IMG/VR virus record: IMGVR_UViG_2617271072_000004
Location: 32,001 to 96,000 of that record
Length of the DNA stretch: 64,000 bases
Reading direction: 5' to 3' (one strand)
Origin: a virus
Taxonomy: Duplodnaviria; Heunggongvirae; Uroviricota; Caudoviricetes
The position numbers were made by a program, and so were the translations under genes. The first letter of the stretch is position 1, and each line of letters opens with the position of its first letter. Positions 43,677 through 54,336 of the stretch are shown here, piece by piece. The notes beneath the pieces were generated by a model. It was not told where the DNA came from and searched no databases. It saw only the letters and a list, made by a program, of their open reading frames with translations.

Positions 43677-43698
43677 GAAAGTCAACAAGTTGACTTTC
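43677..43698. promoter_or_regulatory. perfect palindrome upstream of the head gene (candidate regulatory site)
   Basis: GAAAGTCAAC-AA-GTTGACTTTC. Confidence 0.35.
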
Positions 43699-43787
43699 AA
43701 TAAATCTCTTCCGAAAAGGGATTCACACAAGTGCCTTGTGTTTAAGGAAGAGTAAATTGAGTAACTTACGCGAATACCAGAATCGTA

Positions 43788-45464
43788 TTGCAGATATCGC
43801 AAAAACGCTCTAAAGCTGTGCTTGGCTGGGCAAGCACTGCGCAGTTCGGTACTGATAACCAATTCATTAAAGATGATGCCGCGCGTGCCGCATCTATCCT
43901 TGAAGCTGCACGTAAAGACCCGGTTTTTGCGGGTATCTCTGATAATGCCACCGCTCAAATCGCTACAGCGTGGGCAAGTGCACTGGCTGACTACGCCGCA
44001 GCACATAAATCTATGCCGCGTCCGGAAATTCTGGCCTCCTGCCACCAGACGCTGGAAAACTGCCTGATTGAGTCCACCCGCAATAGCATGGATGCCACTA
44101 ATAAAGCGATGCTGGAATCCGTCGCAGCAGAGATGATGAGCGTTTCTGACGGTGTTATGCGTCTGCCTTTATTCCTCGCGATGATCCTGCCTGTTCAGTT
44201 GGGGGCAGCTACCGCTGATGCGTGTACCTTCATTCCGGTTACGCGTGACCAGTCCGACATCTATGAAGTCTTTAACGTGGCAGGTTCCTCTTTTGGTTCT
44301 TATGCTGCTGGTGATGTTCTGGACATGCAATCCGTCGGTGTGTACAGCCAGTTACGCCGCCGCTATGTGCTGGTGGCAAGCTCCGATGGCACCAGCAAAA
44401 CCGCAACCTTCAAGATGGAAGACTTCGAAGGCCAGAATGTACCAATCCGAAAAGGTCGCACTAATATCTACGTTAACCGTATTAAGTCTGTTGTTGATAA
44501 CGGTTCCGGCAGCCTACTTCACTCGTTTACTAATGCTGCTGGTGAGCAAATCACTGTTACCTGCTCTCTGAACTACAACATTGGTCAGATTGCCCTGTCG
44601 TTCTCCAAAGCGCCGGATAAAGGCACTGAGATCGCAATTGAGACGGAAATCAATATTGAAGCCGCTCCTGAGCTGATCCCGCTGATCAACCACGAAATGA
44701 AGAAATACACCCTGTTCCCAAGCCAGTTCGTTATCGCGGCTGAGCACACGGTACAGGCGGCGTATGAAGCACAGCGTGAATTTGGTCTGGACCTGGGTTC
44801 CCTACAGTTCCGCACCCTGAAGGAATACCTGTCTCATGAACAGGATATGCTGCGTCTTCGCATCATGATCTGGCGTACTCTTGCGAACGACACCTTTGAC
44901 ATCGCTCTGCCGGTTAACCAGTCCTTTGATGTATGGGCAACCATCATTCGTGGCAAATTCCAGACTGTATATCGCGACATTATTGAGCGCGTTAAATCTT
45001 CTGGTGCGATGGGGATGTTTGCTGGTGCTGATGCAGCATCTTTCTTCAAACAGTTGCCGAAGGATTTCTTCCAGCCAGCCGAAGACTATATCCAGACTCC
45101 GTATGTTCACTACATCGGTACCCTGTTCGGTAACGTGAAAGTGTACGAAGTACCTGCTGGTATTTGTAAGAACTTAACGACAGAGAACATTCAGTTCAGC
45201 TCGATGGATGTGCTGTGCTACGTCCGTGATGAAAATCCGGGTAAAGCAGGCTTCGTGACTGGTGATGCTGTCCCGGCCATCCCGTTCCAGCATCCGACCA
45301 CTCCGGCGCTGGTCAACCGTACCACGCTGTGGGGTTCGGCTATCAACGATATGCACCCACGCAACGGCGCTGATTACTTCACTCGTGTAACGCTGACAAT
45401 GGCCAAAAAAGGCGGGCTTAACTTCATTAGCGGCGACACGATTGATGCCGGTGACTCTGAGTAA
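43788..45464 (+). CDS. putative major head protein, gp23-like (558 aa; start codon uncertain)
   Basis: large ORF first after parS; size matches recalled P1 gp23; ORF-track start is TTG. Confidence 0.5.
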   Translation: MQISQKRSKAVLGWASTAQFGTDNQFIKDDAARAASILEAARKDPVFAGISDNATAQIATAWASALADYAAAHKSMPRPEILASCHQTLENCLIESTRNSMDATNKAMLESVAAEMMSVSDGVMRLPLFLAMILPVQLGAATADACTFIPVTRDQSDIYEVFNVAGSSFGSYAAGDVLDMQSVGVYSQLRRRYVLVASSDGTSKTATFKMEDFEGQNVPIRKGRTNIYVNRIKSVVDNGSGSLLHSFTNAAGEQITVTCSLNYNIGQIALSFSKAPDKGTEIAIETEINIEAAPELIPLINHEMKKYTLFPSQFVIAAEHTVQAAYEAQREFGLDLGSLQFRTLKEYLSHEQDMLRLRIMIWRTLANDTFDIALPVNQSFDVWATIIRGKFQTVYRDIIERVKSSGAMGMFAGADAASFFKQLPKDFFQPAEDYIQTPYVHYIGTLFGNVKVYEVPAGICKNLTTENIQFSSMDVLCYVRDENPGKAGFVTGDAVPAIPFQHPTTPALVNRTTLWGSAINDMHPRNGADYFTRVTLTMAKKGGLNFISGDTIDAGDSE

Positions 45465-45524
45465 TCAGGGGAAGTTCTCCGTTTAACATAGCGCCCCCGT
45501 GCGGGGCGCATAACAGGGAAAGTT

Positions 45525-47114
45525 ATGTCTCAATATTCAATTCAACAGTCATTAGGTAATGCATCCGGCGTCGCGGTTAGCCCGATCAATGCCGATGCGA
45601 CGTTATCTACCGGTGTTGCATTAAATAGCAGCTTATGGGCTGGTATTGGCGTATTTGCGCGTGGCAAGCCGTTTACTGTTCTTGCGGTTACTGAGTCCAA
45701 TTACGAAGATGTTCTCGGCGAACCGCTGAAGCCGTCTTCCGGCTCACAGTTCGAACCAATTCGCCATGTATACGAAGCTATTCAGCAAACGTCTGGTTAT
45801 GTTGTTCGCGCTGTTCCGGATGATGCGAAGTTCCCGATTATTATGTTCGATGAATCAGGCGAACCGGCTTACAGTGCGTTGCCATACGGTTCTGAAATTG
45901 AACTTGATAGTGGCGAAGCCTTTGCTATCTACGTTGATGATGGTGATCCGTGTATTTCACCTACCCGTGAGTTAACCATCGAAACGGCAACAGCGGACAG
46001 CGCGGGTAATGAACGCTTCCTCTTAAAACTGACCCAGACGACTTCGCTCGGCGTGGTAACGACCCTGGAGACACACACTGTGTCTTTGGCGGAAGAAGCG
46101 AAAGATGACATGGGCCGCTTGTGTTATCTGCCTACGGCTCTGGAAGCCCGTTCTAAATATCTGCGCGCGGTTGTTAATGAAGAGCTGATTTCGACAGCGA
46201 AAGTAACAAACAAAAAATCGTTGGCGTTCACTGGCGGTACCAACGGCGATCAGTCGAAAATCTCAACCGCTGCGTACCTGCGTGCGGTTAAAGTGCTGAA
46301 TAATGCGCCGTACATGTACACCGCTGTTCTCGGCCTGGGTTGCTATGACAATGCGGCGATCACCGCGTTAGGTAATATCTGTTCTGATCGCCTGATTGAT
46401 GGCTTCTTTGATGTCAAACCGACATTGACGTATACGGAAGCGCTCTCTGCTGTTGAAGATACCGGTTTACTTGGTACCGATTATGTAAGCTGTGCTGTCT
46501 ATCACTTCCCGTTCTCCTGCAAAGACAAATGGACCCAATCCCGTGTGGTCTTCGGTCTGTCTGGCGCGGCGTATGCGGCGAAAGCTCGTGGCGTCAAGAA
46601 AAACTCTGATGTCGGCGGTTGGCATTACTCACCGGCTGGTGAAGAACGTGCCGTCATTGCTCGTGCGTCAATTCAACCGCTGTATCCGGAAGATACCCCG
46701 GACGAAGAAGCAATGGTCAAGGGCCGTCTCAATAAAGTATCTGTTGGCACCTCTGGCCAGATGATCATCGACGATGCTTTAACTTGCTGCACGCAGGATA
46801 ACTATCTGCACTTCCAGCACGTCCCATCCCTGATGAATGCAATCAGCCGTTTCTTTGTCCAGTTAGCCCGACAGATGAAGCATAGCCCGGACGGTATTAC
46901 TGCGGCTGGCCTGACTAAAGGGATGACCAAACTTTTAGATCGCTTTGTCGCCTCCGGCGCTCTGGTGGCTCCTCGTGATCCTGATGCTGACGGTACAGAA
47001 CCGTATGTGCTGAAAGTTACGCAGGCGGAATTCGATAAATGGGAAGTAGTCTGGGCCTGCTGCCCGACTGGCGTAGCCCGTCGTATCCAGGGCGTACCGC
47101 TGCTTATTAAGTAA
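45525..47114 (+). CDS. putative tail sheath protein, gp22-like (529 aa)
   Basis: size and position upstream of tube-like genes. Confidence 0.55.
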   Translation: MSQYSIQQSLGNASGVAVSPINADATLSTGVALNSSLWAGIGVFARGKPFTVLAVTESNYEDVLGEPLKPSSGSQFEPIRHVYEAIQQTSGYVVRAVPDDAKFPIIMFDESGEPAYSALPYGSEIELDSGEAFAIYVDDGDPCISPTRELTIETATADSAGNERFLLKLTQTTSLGVVTTLETHTVSLAEEAKDDMGRLCYLPTALEARSKYLRAVVNEELISTAKVTNKKSLAFTGGTNGDQSKISTAAYLRAVKVLNNAPYMYTAVLGLGCYDNAAITALGNICSDRLIDGFFDVKPTLTYTEALSAVEDTGLLGTDYVSCAVYHFPFSCKDKWTQSRVVFGLSGAAYAAKARGVKKNSDVGGWHYSPAGEERAVIARASIQPLYPEDTPDEEAMVKGRLNKVSVGTSGQMIIDDALTCCTQDNYLHFQHVPSLMNAISRFFVQLARQMKHSPDGITAAGLTKGMTKLLDRFVASGALVAPRDPDADGTEPYVLKVTQAEFDKWEVVWACCPTGVARRIQGVPLLIK

Positions 47115-47123
47115 GGGAATACA

Positions 47124-47941
47124 ATGAGCAAAAACTTTTTTCAATCCGGGGCATTTTTGGGGAATGGACTGTCCCGTTTCGCTTTGAACTCTGATCCTGT
47201 GCAGCTGATGGAGTCTGCCCGAGCAAGCGCCGAACCGCCAACAGATCCGGTTATTAATAATAATCCGGAACCGGCGGCACAGACTAACGATAACGTTCCA
47301 TCTGCCCCGGCTCCAGAGCAAATCCTGGAAGGGAAAGACGGTAAAGAATGGACCGTCGAACAGGCGCACCAGATGATTCTGGAAGCTGCAAATCGAAGTG
47401 CTATGCAGAATGCGTTGAGTGATGCGGCCGACGCCGTTTTCTCCTGGGCTGATAGCGGTGATCTGACTTTCGACTCCCTTGATGGTTTCGTTCAGGCTAT
47501 CGCTGGTATCTCTGATGACGACGACTCCGAAGTTACAGAAGAACAGGACGATGCCTATAACGAAGCATGGGCAAATGTTGCTGACTTCCTCGCAGCATGC
47601 GGTGTAGATGATGACCTGATCGAAGCACTGGCTGACGATGAAGACGACGACGCTGCTGCTGATGTTGGTGCCTCTATCGCTGGTTTAGATAGCGACGACC
47701 GTGACGAACTGGAAGCGGCGTTTTGTTGTTGCTGGCACTTCTGATGAAATGCTGACTGAAGCATTTAAGAAGGTTGTTCGTAACGGTGAGATCAAACTCA
47801 TCCGTAAACGCCTGCGTAAAAAAACGTCTGACTGCGGCTCAAAAATCGGCGCTGAAAAAAGCGCGTCGAAAAGCCCAGACCGGCGCGGCAAAACTTGCCC
47901 GCAAAAAGTCAATGAAACTGCGCCGTAAGCGCCTTGGCTAA
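47124..47941 (+). CDS. hypothetical virion-associated protein (acidic core, basic C-terminus), frame interrupted at T4 (47721-47724) and A7 (47818-47824)
   Basis: three successive frames join into one ORF ending in RKRLG if one base is removed at each run. Confidence 0.5.
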
Positions 47942-47976
47942 AGGAGGGGGCCGGAGAACTCCGGCCTTTAACTTGA

Positions 47977-48558
47977 ATGGCTCCTATAGCTTATGGGGTT
48001 TACAGCCAGGCTGACGGTGTATCGCCATATCTGAAAGTTACTTTAACGAACTCTCAGTACCAGGTTACCGGATATATCAGCCAGGGAGCGGCAATGAACA
48101 TGGCCCAGAATTGGGAAGCGCCATTTACCGGTATGTCCATGGGATCTGTTTCTGGTGCTCTGGGTGGTTTTGTGCAAGTAGGTACTGAAACAACGTCTGT
48201 TGCCCGTTGGAATAGCTTAATGGTTTGGGAAGGGGGGACTCCGCCGACGTTCACGCTGCCCGTAACTTTCATTGCTTTGAACAATCCATTCATTGAAGTT
48301 TCAGGCGCTATCGCCGCGTTGACAGCCATGATTAGCCCGGAACTAAAAGCGGCCAATGTTGGTGGTCGAATCCCGGAGCGCGTGACGCTAAACATTGGTC
48401 GCCGGATCAACATCACCGATGTCGCCATCCAGGACTTAAGTTTTGATCTCGATGCGCCAAGGGACAGTAATGGATATTTCCTGAAAAACACCGTCAACCT
48501 CCAGTTGACCGGTTCTTCGATATATAACAGCTCCGATATTGTTCGGGCGTTCCAGTAA
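47977..48558 (+). CDS. putative tail tube protein (193 aa)
   Basis: size and position after the sheath gene. Confidence 0.5.
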   Translation: MAPIAYGVYSQADGVSPYLKVTLTNSQYQVTGYISQGAAMNMAQNWEAPFTGMSMGSVSGALGGFVQVGTETTSVARWNSLMVWEGGTPPTFTLPVTFIALNNPFIEVSGAIAALTAMISPELKAANVGGRIPERVTLNIGRRINITDVAIQDLSFDLDAPRDSNGYFLKNTVNLQLTGSSIYNSSDIVRAFQ

Positions 48559-48569
48559 AAGGATTTTAT

Positions 48570-49079
48570 ATGGGGCACAATAACACTAAGGGAAACCGTA
48601 AATTTATTAAGGGCCGCTATACTGCCAACGCGGCCAAAGGCGAACGACTGGTATCTTCTGAATTCCAGCTCACTTTTGCAGGCTATGAAGATATCAGCGT
48701 ACTGGTTCGCACGTCGCAAATCCCTGAAATGACCCGCGAGGATGTGGAGGACTATGGCCCAAATGGTGTGAAGTTCAACCAGCACGGTCCAATCCGTAAC
48801 TCCGGGGAAATCCAGGTCCAGTGCGTGGAGACTATCGAAGGCGATATTCTTCAGTTCATTAAAGATCGCATTGCGGCGAAGGACTATGTTGATATCACGA
48901 TGGCTGCGACCCCTGAATCCAAATCTTCCGGGGTTAACGCTGTGACAAAAGCTGCTACAACAATTGAAATGTTGGACTGCAAAATCTACAGTGATGCAAT
49001 CGACTTTAGTACCGAAGATGTGACTGCCGCTGTGCGCCCGTCACTTCGTATCGTCTACAACTGGATTGAGTGGGATTAA
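48570..49079 (+). CDS. putative tail tube-associated protein (169 aa)
   Basis: operon context; followed by a terminator. Confidence 0.45.
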   Translation: MGHNNTKGNRKFIKGRYTANAAKGERLVSSEFQLTFAGYEDISVLVRTSQIPEMTREDVEDYGPNGVKFNQHGPIRNSGEIQVQCVETIEGDILQFIKDRIAAKDYVDITMAATPESKSSGVNAVTKAATTIEMLDCKIYSDAIDFSTEDVTAAVRPSLRIVYNWIEWD

Positions 49080-49098
49080 GAGTCATCCCTTGTATTTT

Positions 49099-49123
49099 AA
49101 AGCTCCTTCGGGAGCTTTTTTTA
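49099..49123 (+). terminator. rho-independent terminator
   Basis: AAAGCTCC-TTCG-GGAGCTTT followed by T7. Confidence 0.75.
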
Positions 49124-49250
49124 TAACTATTTTATATAAACATGCATCGATAACATTGTCTGGAGTTTTATGTTAGATTATTAATGTTCTAATAAACTAC
49201 AATTATTGAGGTAGCTGTTTGTGCCTGTACTGTTAAAGGGGGACTCTAAA

Positions 49251-49847
49251 ATGGCTGTGATTCCAATGTCGTACTCCCCGGGTACTGTCGCTCGTCGATT
49301 TTCGATCCTGGACGGAGTTACCATCCAAGGTGTGCTTTACCAGGTTATATGGGATTCCAAAACCCCATTTGCAGCTGTAATAGAGGCTGCGCCTTCTATT
49401 ATCGATGGTGATATGCGCCATAAGGTTGTCGCTACTCTTGAACTTCAACGTCGCCCGCAGCTTGAAGGCGTACTGGTAAGGAAGTTCTGGGAGGATAGCG
49501 ATGTTGCCCAGATTGAAGGTATCGTGGTTGATGGAACCGTCCGGGATGTCGGTTTAGCTACTTTTGTTTACGAAACCGTAGCCTCAAAAGCTGGTGTTGT
49601 TTTGCTCAGTGATAATGAGCAATACGAAGGTGGAAAAGCTCTTTGGCAACACATCGCCCGTCGCTCTTCCGAGCTAAAAGTGTTTATCCTTGACACCGAT
49701 GCCGCTCAGTATTACCCGTTTGACGGCGAACGTGTTTGCTATGACGGGGTAAGTATTCCTGAATCCGAGATATGGAGTGAACACCCAGATCGAAGTAAGC
49801 ATGGGGTTGTTCTGGTCGCTGAATCCATAATTGGAAATGCGGCATAG
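49251..49847 (+). CDS. hypothetical protein (198 aa)
   Basis: ATG with AAAGGGGGA ribosome-binding site. Confidence 0.55.
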   Translation: MAVIPMSYSPGTVARRFSILDGVTIQGVLYQVIWDSKTPFAAVIEAAPSIIDGDMRHKVVATLELQRRPQLEGVLVRKFWEDSDVAQIEGIVVDGTVRDVGLATFVYETVASKAGVVLLSDNEQYEGGKALWQHIARRSSELKVFILDTDAAQYYPFDGERVCYDGVSIPESEIWSEHPDRSKHGVVLVAESIIGNAA

Positions 49848-50029
49848 CAGTAAAAAATTCCTTGCTCCTTAAAAGGGGAGAGGGTTAATCTACGTATGCT
49901 AAGCATAGATATGGCCTCAGATTAATGTTAAGCGTCTTGCAGGACGCGTAATGTTATCTGGGGCTTTCTTCTATCTGCTTTTCGGGTAATGCCTGAAGCA
50001 GATAGCCTCAAGCACCCGCAACGATTGTA

Positions 50030-50275
50030 TCAATGTCTGGCTTTTTTTCTATAGAAATCACCTGGAAGGGTGAATATCCACATCAGAAGAAATGTTGCAG
50101 CAAACATGATCCCTAATGGCCAGACCGCGCCAAAGAAAATCCATTCTAAGATCTCCTCTGCTTGTTCTTTGCGGTCGATATCGACAAGCATTTTTCGGCT
50201 GATCATGTATACACAGAAGCCAATACAAACATATCCTGCAAAAGCGATCGCTAACTGTAAAAAATCAGATTGCAT
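50030..50275 (-). CDS. hypothetical membrane protein (81 aa)
   Basis: two hydrophobic segments; start placed downstream of the operator-like site. Confidence 0.45.
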   Translation of the reverse strand: MQSDFLQLAIAFAGYVCIGFCVYMISRKMLVDIDRKEQAEEILEWIFFGAVWPLGIMFAATFLLMWIFTLPGDFYRKKARH

Positions 50276-50305
50276 CTCCGACCTCAAACTGAAAACGCCA
50301 GGTGA

Positions 50306-50322
50306 CTCCAGATTAGAGCAAT
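50306..50322 (-). promoter_or_regulatory. C1-operator-like half site
   Basis: ATTGCTCTAAT core (11/17). Confidence 0.4.
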
Positions 50323-50325
50323 CTA

Positions 50326-51172
50326 TCACCCTCTGAATCCTGCCGGTATACCCCATTGTTCGTTATCTTTATTTTTGGCTAAAACCGCATTAAGAGCTTC
50401 GTTTACCGTCATGCAATGCGGCAAATTATCGAAGTTTGATACCCCGCCAATATCAGGAGAACGCTTGTTCTTCAGGTAAGCATATTTCCGCGCTGCCGCC
50501 TCTACTTTCTGCTTGAACTCATGTTTTTGAGCGCGCTTTTTGGATAACCGCAGATTGTCAGCCTTTGCTTTTGCCTCAGCGATCCATGAAGTCAATTTTT
50601 TGAGTCTGCTCGTTCCGGCACCGCCGGAAACTGATCTTTTTGTTTTTTTAACTTGTGACTTCTTATTCTTTATTGCCACGTCATCCTGACAGGGGGAGGG
50701 GGTATCATTTTGACATGGGGGTGTGGATAAAAAATTAAATAAAGCCAATGTCTTAGCGAGAACAGCTTTAACCTTGGTTGCCGCTGAAGAGATCTTTAAT
50801 TTGCTTTCAATCAGCGCATTTTTTGGCTTGTTGTGCGAAGGCCAAAAAGGATGGCGTAAACCGGTACAGGTTAGCGCGACGTTCACGGTGATCGCCGATA
50901 ACAATCTCTACAGACAGAATTCCTTTGTTTACAGCTTCACGGAATGCACGAACGACGGTTGATTGGCTATAACCAGTTTCTGCCGCGATCAGGCGGTGAG
51001 GCTTGTGAATGAAGTATTCACTGGTTGTTGCCGCGAGATTTGCACATTGCGACAGGATATGCCCGGTGCTACGGGATAGACCGGAGTGTGTTACAAAGCA
51101 GGCCAATTCATAGCCAGAAAAAGTAAAATCGCTCATCGTTATACAGCTCAGGAAAGTGACTTTAGCCAGCAT
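50326..51172 (-). CDS. repL: RepL-like lytic replication protein, frame interrupted at an A6 run (plus-strand T6, 50819-50824)
   Basis: HTH-containing ORF (50807-51172) and ORF 50326-50904 join as ...AQQAKNALIESKLK... if one base is removed; possible ATG start at 51136. Confidence 0.65.
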
Positions 51173-51201
51173 TACAATGCTGGTGGTTCTTACTACGTCT
51201 G

Positions 51202-51771
51202 TTAGCGCGTTGCCGCGACAGGTACCAGCACACCAGCATCAAGCAATCGCTTCATCAGCCACTGCTGACCTTTGCCGGTTATACGAGTCGTGAAAGAAAT
51301 CCTGCTTCCATTGCTTGTATCGATCACGGTTTCTTTAAGGGTGAAATACCCACGGGATATGTATTCTTGTTTGGGGACGTTCCTGCGTTCACCGGTTGCG
51401 ATCAGAATTCCGTTATCACGCAACCAGGTGAAGAGATAGTTTTGGCCCAGGCCGAGCACTTTGGCATAGTTGCCGATTAGAACCCCGCTGGCGGTAGCAA
51501 CGCGTTCGGCGAATTCGACTTTAGGTGCATCCATAAGCATTTTTTGCTCCAGCCGTTGCTTTTGCTCTGCCAGGTCGGCAGCCAAACGGAGAGCTTCAGG
51601 GAGACTCTGCGGAATAGCAGGTTGTAATCTTCCGGCTCGATAGTCGATAAATGTCTGGTTTACCTTCAGCCGAAACGCGGGAGAAATCCAGCCTGCGTAC
51701 TCCACAGCGAGCAATTCATGGGCAAAAGTGCCGCCGCCACGGCCTTCGAACGAAACTATGCAATTCTGCAT
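51202..51771 (-). CDS. kilA: KilA-N plus KilAC domain protein, kilA-like (189 aa)
   Basis: N-terminal LAVEYAGWISPAFRLKVNQ; C-terminal IGNYAKVLGLGQNYLFTWLRDNGIL...GYFTLKE antirepressor KilAC pattern. Confidence 0.6.
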   Translation of the reverse strand: MQNCIVSFEGRGGGTFAHELLAVEYAGWISPAFRLKVNQTFIDYRAGRLQPAIPQSLPEALRLAADLAEQKQRLEQKMLMDAPKVEFAERVATASGVLIGNYAKVLGLGQNYLFTWLRDNGILIATGERRNVPKQEYISRGYFTLKETVIDTSNGSRISFTTRITGKGQQWLMKRLLDAGVLVPVAATR

Positions 51772-52072
51772 AGTTTCTTTTTCAAGCTCTTCGATGAGCT
51801 GTTTTGCTGACAGCGTTCTTAGCCATTGAGCTGGCGCTTTATGGGCACCGAGTCCGCTCGCTCTGTGTAGAGCATTAAGGTTGTAACGGCCAGCGCGGTC
51901 GGTCGTAATTTCAACACCACAAATAACAGGCAGAGTGGTTGAAGGATCGACATTTTTGATGAAGGTTTGATATATTCATATCCGCATTGAATGTTTGTTG
52001 CATTTTTTCTCCAAATTTGCATCAACCTTCAATCACCAGCTCGAAATGGTGATTCTTTGCACTTAGAAAACG

Positions 52073-52089
52073 AAATTTATTAGAGCAAA
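52073..52089 (-). promoter_or_regulatory. C1 repressor operator
   Basis: minus-strand TTTGCTCTAATAAATTT (16/17). Confidence 0.7.
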
Positions 52090-52166
52090 TTTTTCTGACT
52101 CGATCCAGATCGGGTTGGTCGATCTGCTCAGAAACCTGCCAGTTTGCTGGCAGGTTTTTTCTTTTG

Positions 52167-53212
52167 TTAACCTATTGCTACTGGTTTTAACAAACCAGCA
52201 TCAAGTAGCTTGCGAGTTAACCACTGCTGGCCTTTACCCGTTAATTGGGGCGTCAGCCGTATCTGGTAGCCATTTTCATCATCCAGCACCACTTCTTTCA
52301 CCGTGAAATACCCGGCGTTAATGTACTGCTGGCGCGGTACGTTTTTTGCGCGCACCAAAAGCCATGAGAATGCCGTTCTGGCGCAACCATGAGAAAAGGG
52401 CGTTTTGCTTAAGTCCAACGACCTTTGCAAAGTTCCCGATCAGGATTCCATTAGCCACTGATACCCGGTCGGCAAAATCGACTTTAGGGGCTGCGGCCAC
52501 CAGCTGTTGTTCCAGCTGCAATTTCTGTTCTGCCAACTCGGCAGCCAGGCGTAGGGCTTCTGGTAATGTTTGGGGGATCGATGGGGTAGGGGAGTTTGCC
52601 TGCTGCAATTCTTCCAGTTTGTCGATCAGCGAACGGCGGACCGCTTTCGATTCGCGCGCGGCGACTCGCAGGGCTTGTTTGTAGGTCATGGTTATGACAA
52701 CCATAGGCGTACCGCCACCTGGCGGCACGGTTGCACTTTTTTGTGTAACCGTCCTCACCTTCTAATTCGTCGAGTATTTTTTCGATGAATTTGTTGTTCC
52801 GAACCTCTGGTTCCCCACATAACTTACGCGCTTCATTGACCATCTTTAACAGTGTCAGGCTGTCGATTGTGTCTCCGGTGGTGGGGATGACATTCACGGC
52901 TGGTGCTGGCGTTGCTGAAGCAACAGGTGCTGGTTTTTTAACATTCAAATTATTACTGGTCATTCTATGTGCCTCCTTTCTCATTTCTGCTGCCACCGTT
53001 GCGTAACGTAGACGTCCTTGTTCAATCAAATAATCCCTGATCTCGGCTATCAGTAGCCTGTTGATCACAGCCTTATCTGTTCGGGTATAAAAACGCCTGG
53101 TTATCATGAAATAGTTGGCAATTGCGCCGGGGATCTCCCGTGTCGGTATACAGGCAGTATGCAGGGCGATCGCTTCGGCTATGTCATTACGGGTGACGAG
53201 AGGTTTTTTCAT
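52167..53212 (-). CDS. ant: antirepressor-like protein with C-terminal KilAC domain (ant-like), frame interrupted at two A6 runs (plus-strand T6 at 52332-52337 and 52737-52742)
   Basis: three ORF fragments join as ...EDGYTKSATVPPGG... and ...MAFGARKNVPRQQYINAGYFTVKE... if one base is removed at each run; start overlaps the icd stop (ATGA). Confidence 0.65.
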
Positions 53213-53430
53213 AAACCCCCCTGAACGTCGGCAGAGAAGGGGAGGCTCCAGTAACTAAGTGAATTGCGCGAGTTAGTTGAAAAACGGGCAGTAAAAATGC
53301 AGGGGCCATCAGGCAATTGAGAGCGTGCTTCGTCTTCAGTTGCTGCGATAACGAAGTGATAGTGGTGTTTTTTACAGGAATAGAAACGCCAGATGAATTC
53401 TGGGCGTGCGCAAGGATTGGCATTAACCAT
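53209..53430 (-). CDS. icd: small protein translationally coupled to ant, icd-like (73 aa)
   Basis: 73-aa ORF with GAGG ribosome-binding site; position between the c4-like region and ant. Confidence 0.5.
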   Translation of the reverse strand: MVNANPCARPEFIWRFYSCKKHHYHFVIAATEDEARSQLPDGPCIFTARFSTNSRNSLSYWSLPFSADVQGGL

Positions 53431-53464
53431 AGTTACGGCCTCACAATCAGGTTTAACAACCTGC

Positions 53465-53570
53465 TACCCGCTGCTAAACAGGTGGCAGGACGTGACGGGG
53501 TTAGCAGACTGGCGATTGTGAAACCAGCAGGCCGAAGCCTCCCCATCACGCCCCACCATAATTTGGGCGT
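53465..53570 (-). ncRNA. candidate c4-like antisense RNA region
   Basis: contains TCACAATC complementary to GATTGTGA at the icd ribosome-binding site (53447-53461) and to an upstream copy (53625-53641); exact ends not determinable. Confidence 0.3.
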
Positions 53571-53744
53571 AACGCGGTTTTACGGACACAAAAATACCGC
53601 AATATCGGATATCTGCGGCTGTCCGCACAATCATTCAGGCTGCTAAACCCGGTCGCAGAATTTGCTACGACGGCGGAACTATAAGCCTGAACGATTAAAA
53701 GGTCAATATGATGCGAAAAGATAGCATTCGTGACTTAAAAATAC

Positions 53745-53761
53745 AAATTTATTAGAGCATT
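53745..53761 (-). promoter_or_regulatory. C1 repressor operator (Op51-like)
   Basis: minus-strand AATGCTCTAATAAATTT (16/17). Confidence 0.65.
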
Positions 53762-53857
53762 ATCTGCTTAATAAATACACAGTTGGATCTAATAACCTCT
53801 TTTTTTTAAAGGCGAAAATATGTACCCTAAATGGGTTATAAGGCAGGTGAGGTTATA

Positions 53858-53989
53858 ATGAGAAAACTATTACTATCGTTATTATTTATGGCTGGGACTG
53901 TTAATGCAGCATCAAGCGTAAAGGAGATTTGTACCGATTATACGAAATACCTTTGGCAAGTTTACGCCTTTGCGATCAATGACTATTAA
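53858..53989 (+). CDS. small secreted peptide (43 aa precursor)
   Basis: ribosome-binding site GGTGAGG; signal peptide MRKLLLSLLFMAGTVNA; AT-rich. Confidence 0.4.
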   Translation: MRKLLLSLLFMAGTVNAASSVKEICTDYTKYLWQVYAFAINDY

Positions 53990-54010
53990 TCCATGCGTAG
54001 GAGTGGATTT

Positions 54011-54329
54011 ATGCTGATTCGTTTGTTTTTAGTGCTTTCCTTTTTAACATTTAAATGTTTTTGCTGATGAAGTTGACTTTTCGAAGGTAGATTGTAATTC
54101 AGTGGAAACAAGAAAAGCTCTTATTGAAGAATATAACGAAATATTATCGTCATATGGAATAACAGTGGTTGATTCTTATAATCAAAAAACTATTCAGAAA
54201 GGAATAAATAAACTGGTCTGTTATGGGGTTTACCAATATTCAGATGGCTCTTCGGAGTATGTTATTTATAAAGCATACCCAAATAGTCTTGGTGAATTAA
54301 TTAGTGAGTTTAAACCGATTAATGAGTGA
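54011..54329 (+). CDS. small secreted protein, frame interrupted at a T5 run (54058-54062)
   Basis: GGAG ribosome-binding site and signal peptide MLIRLFLVLSFLTFKCF join ORF 54102-54329 if one T is removed. Confidence 0.45.
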
Positions 54330-54336
54330 ATGAAAA

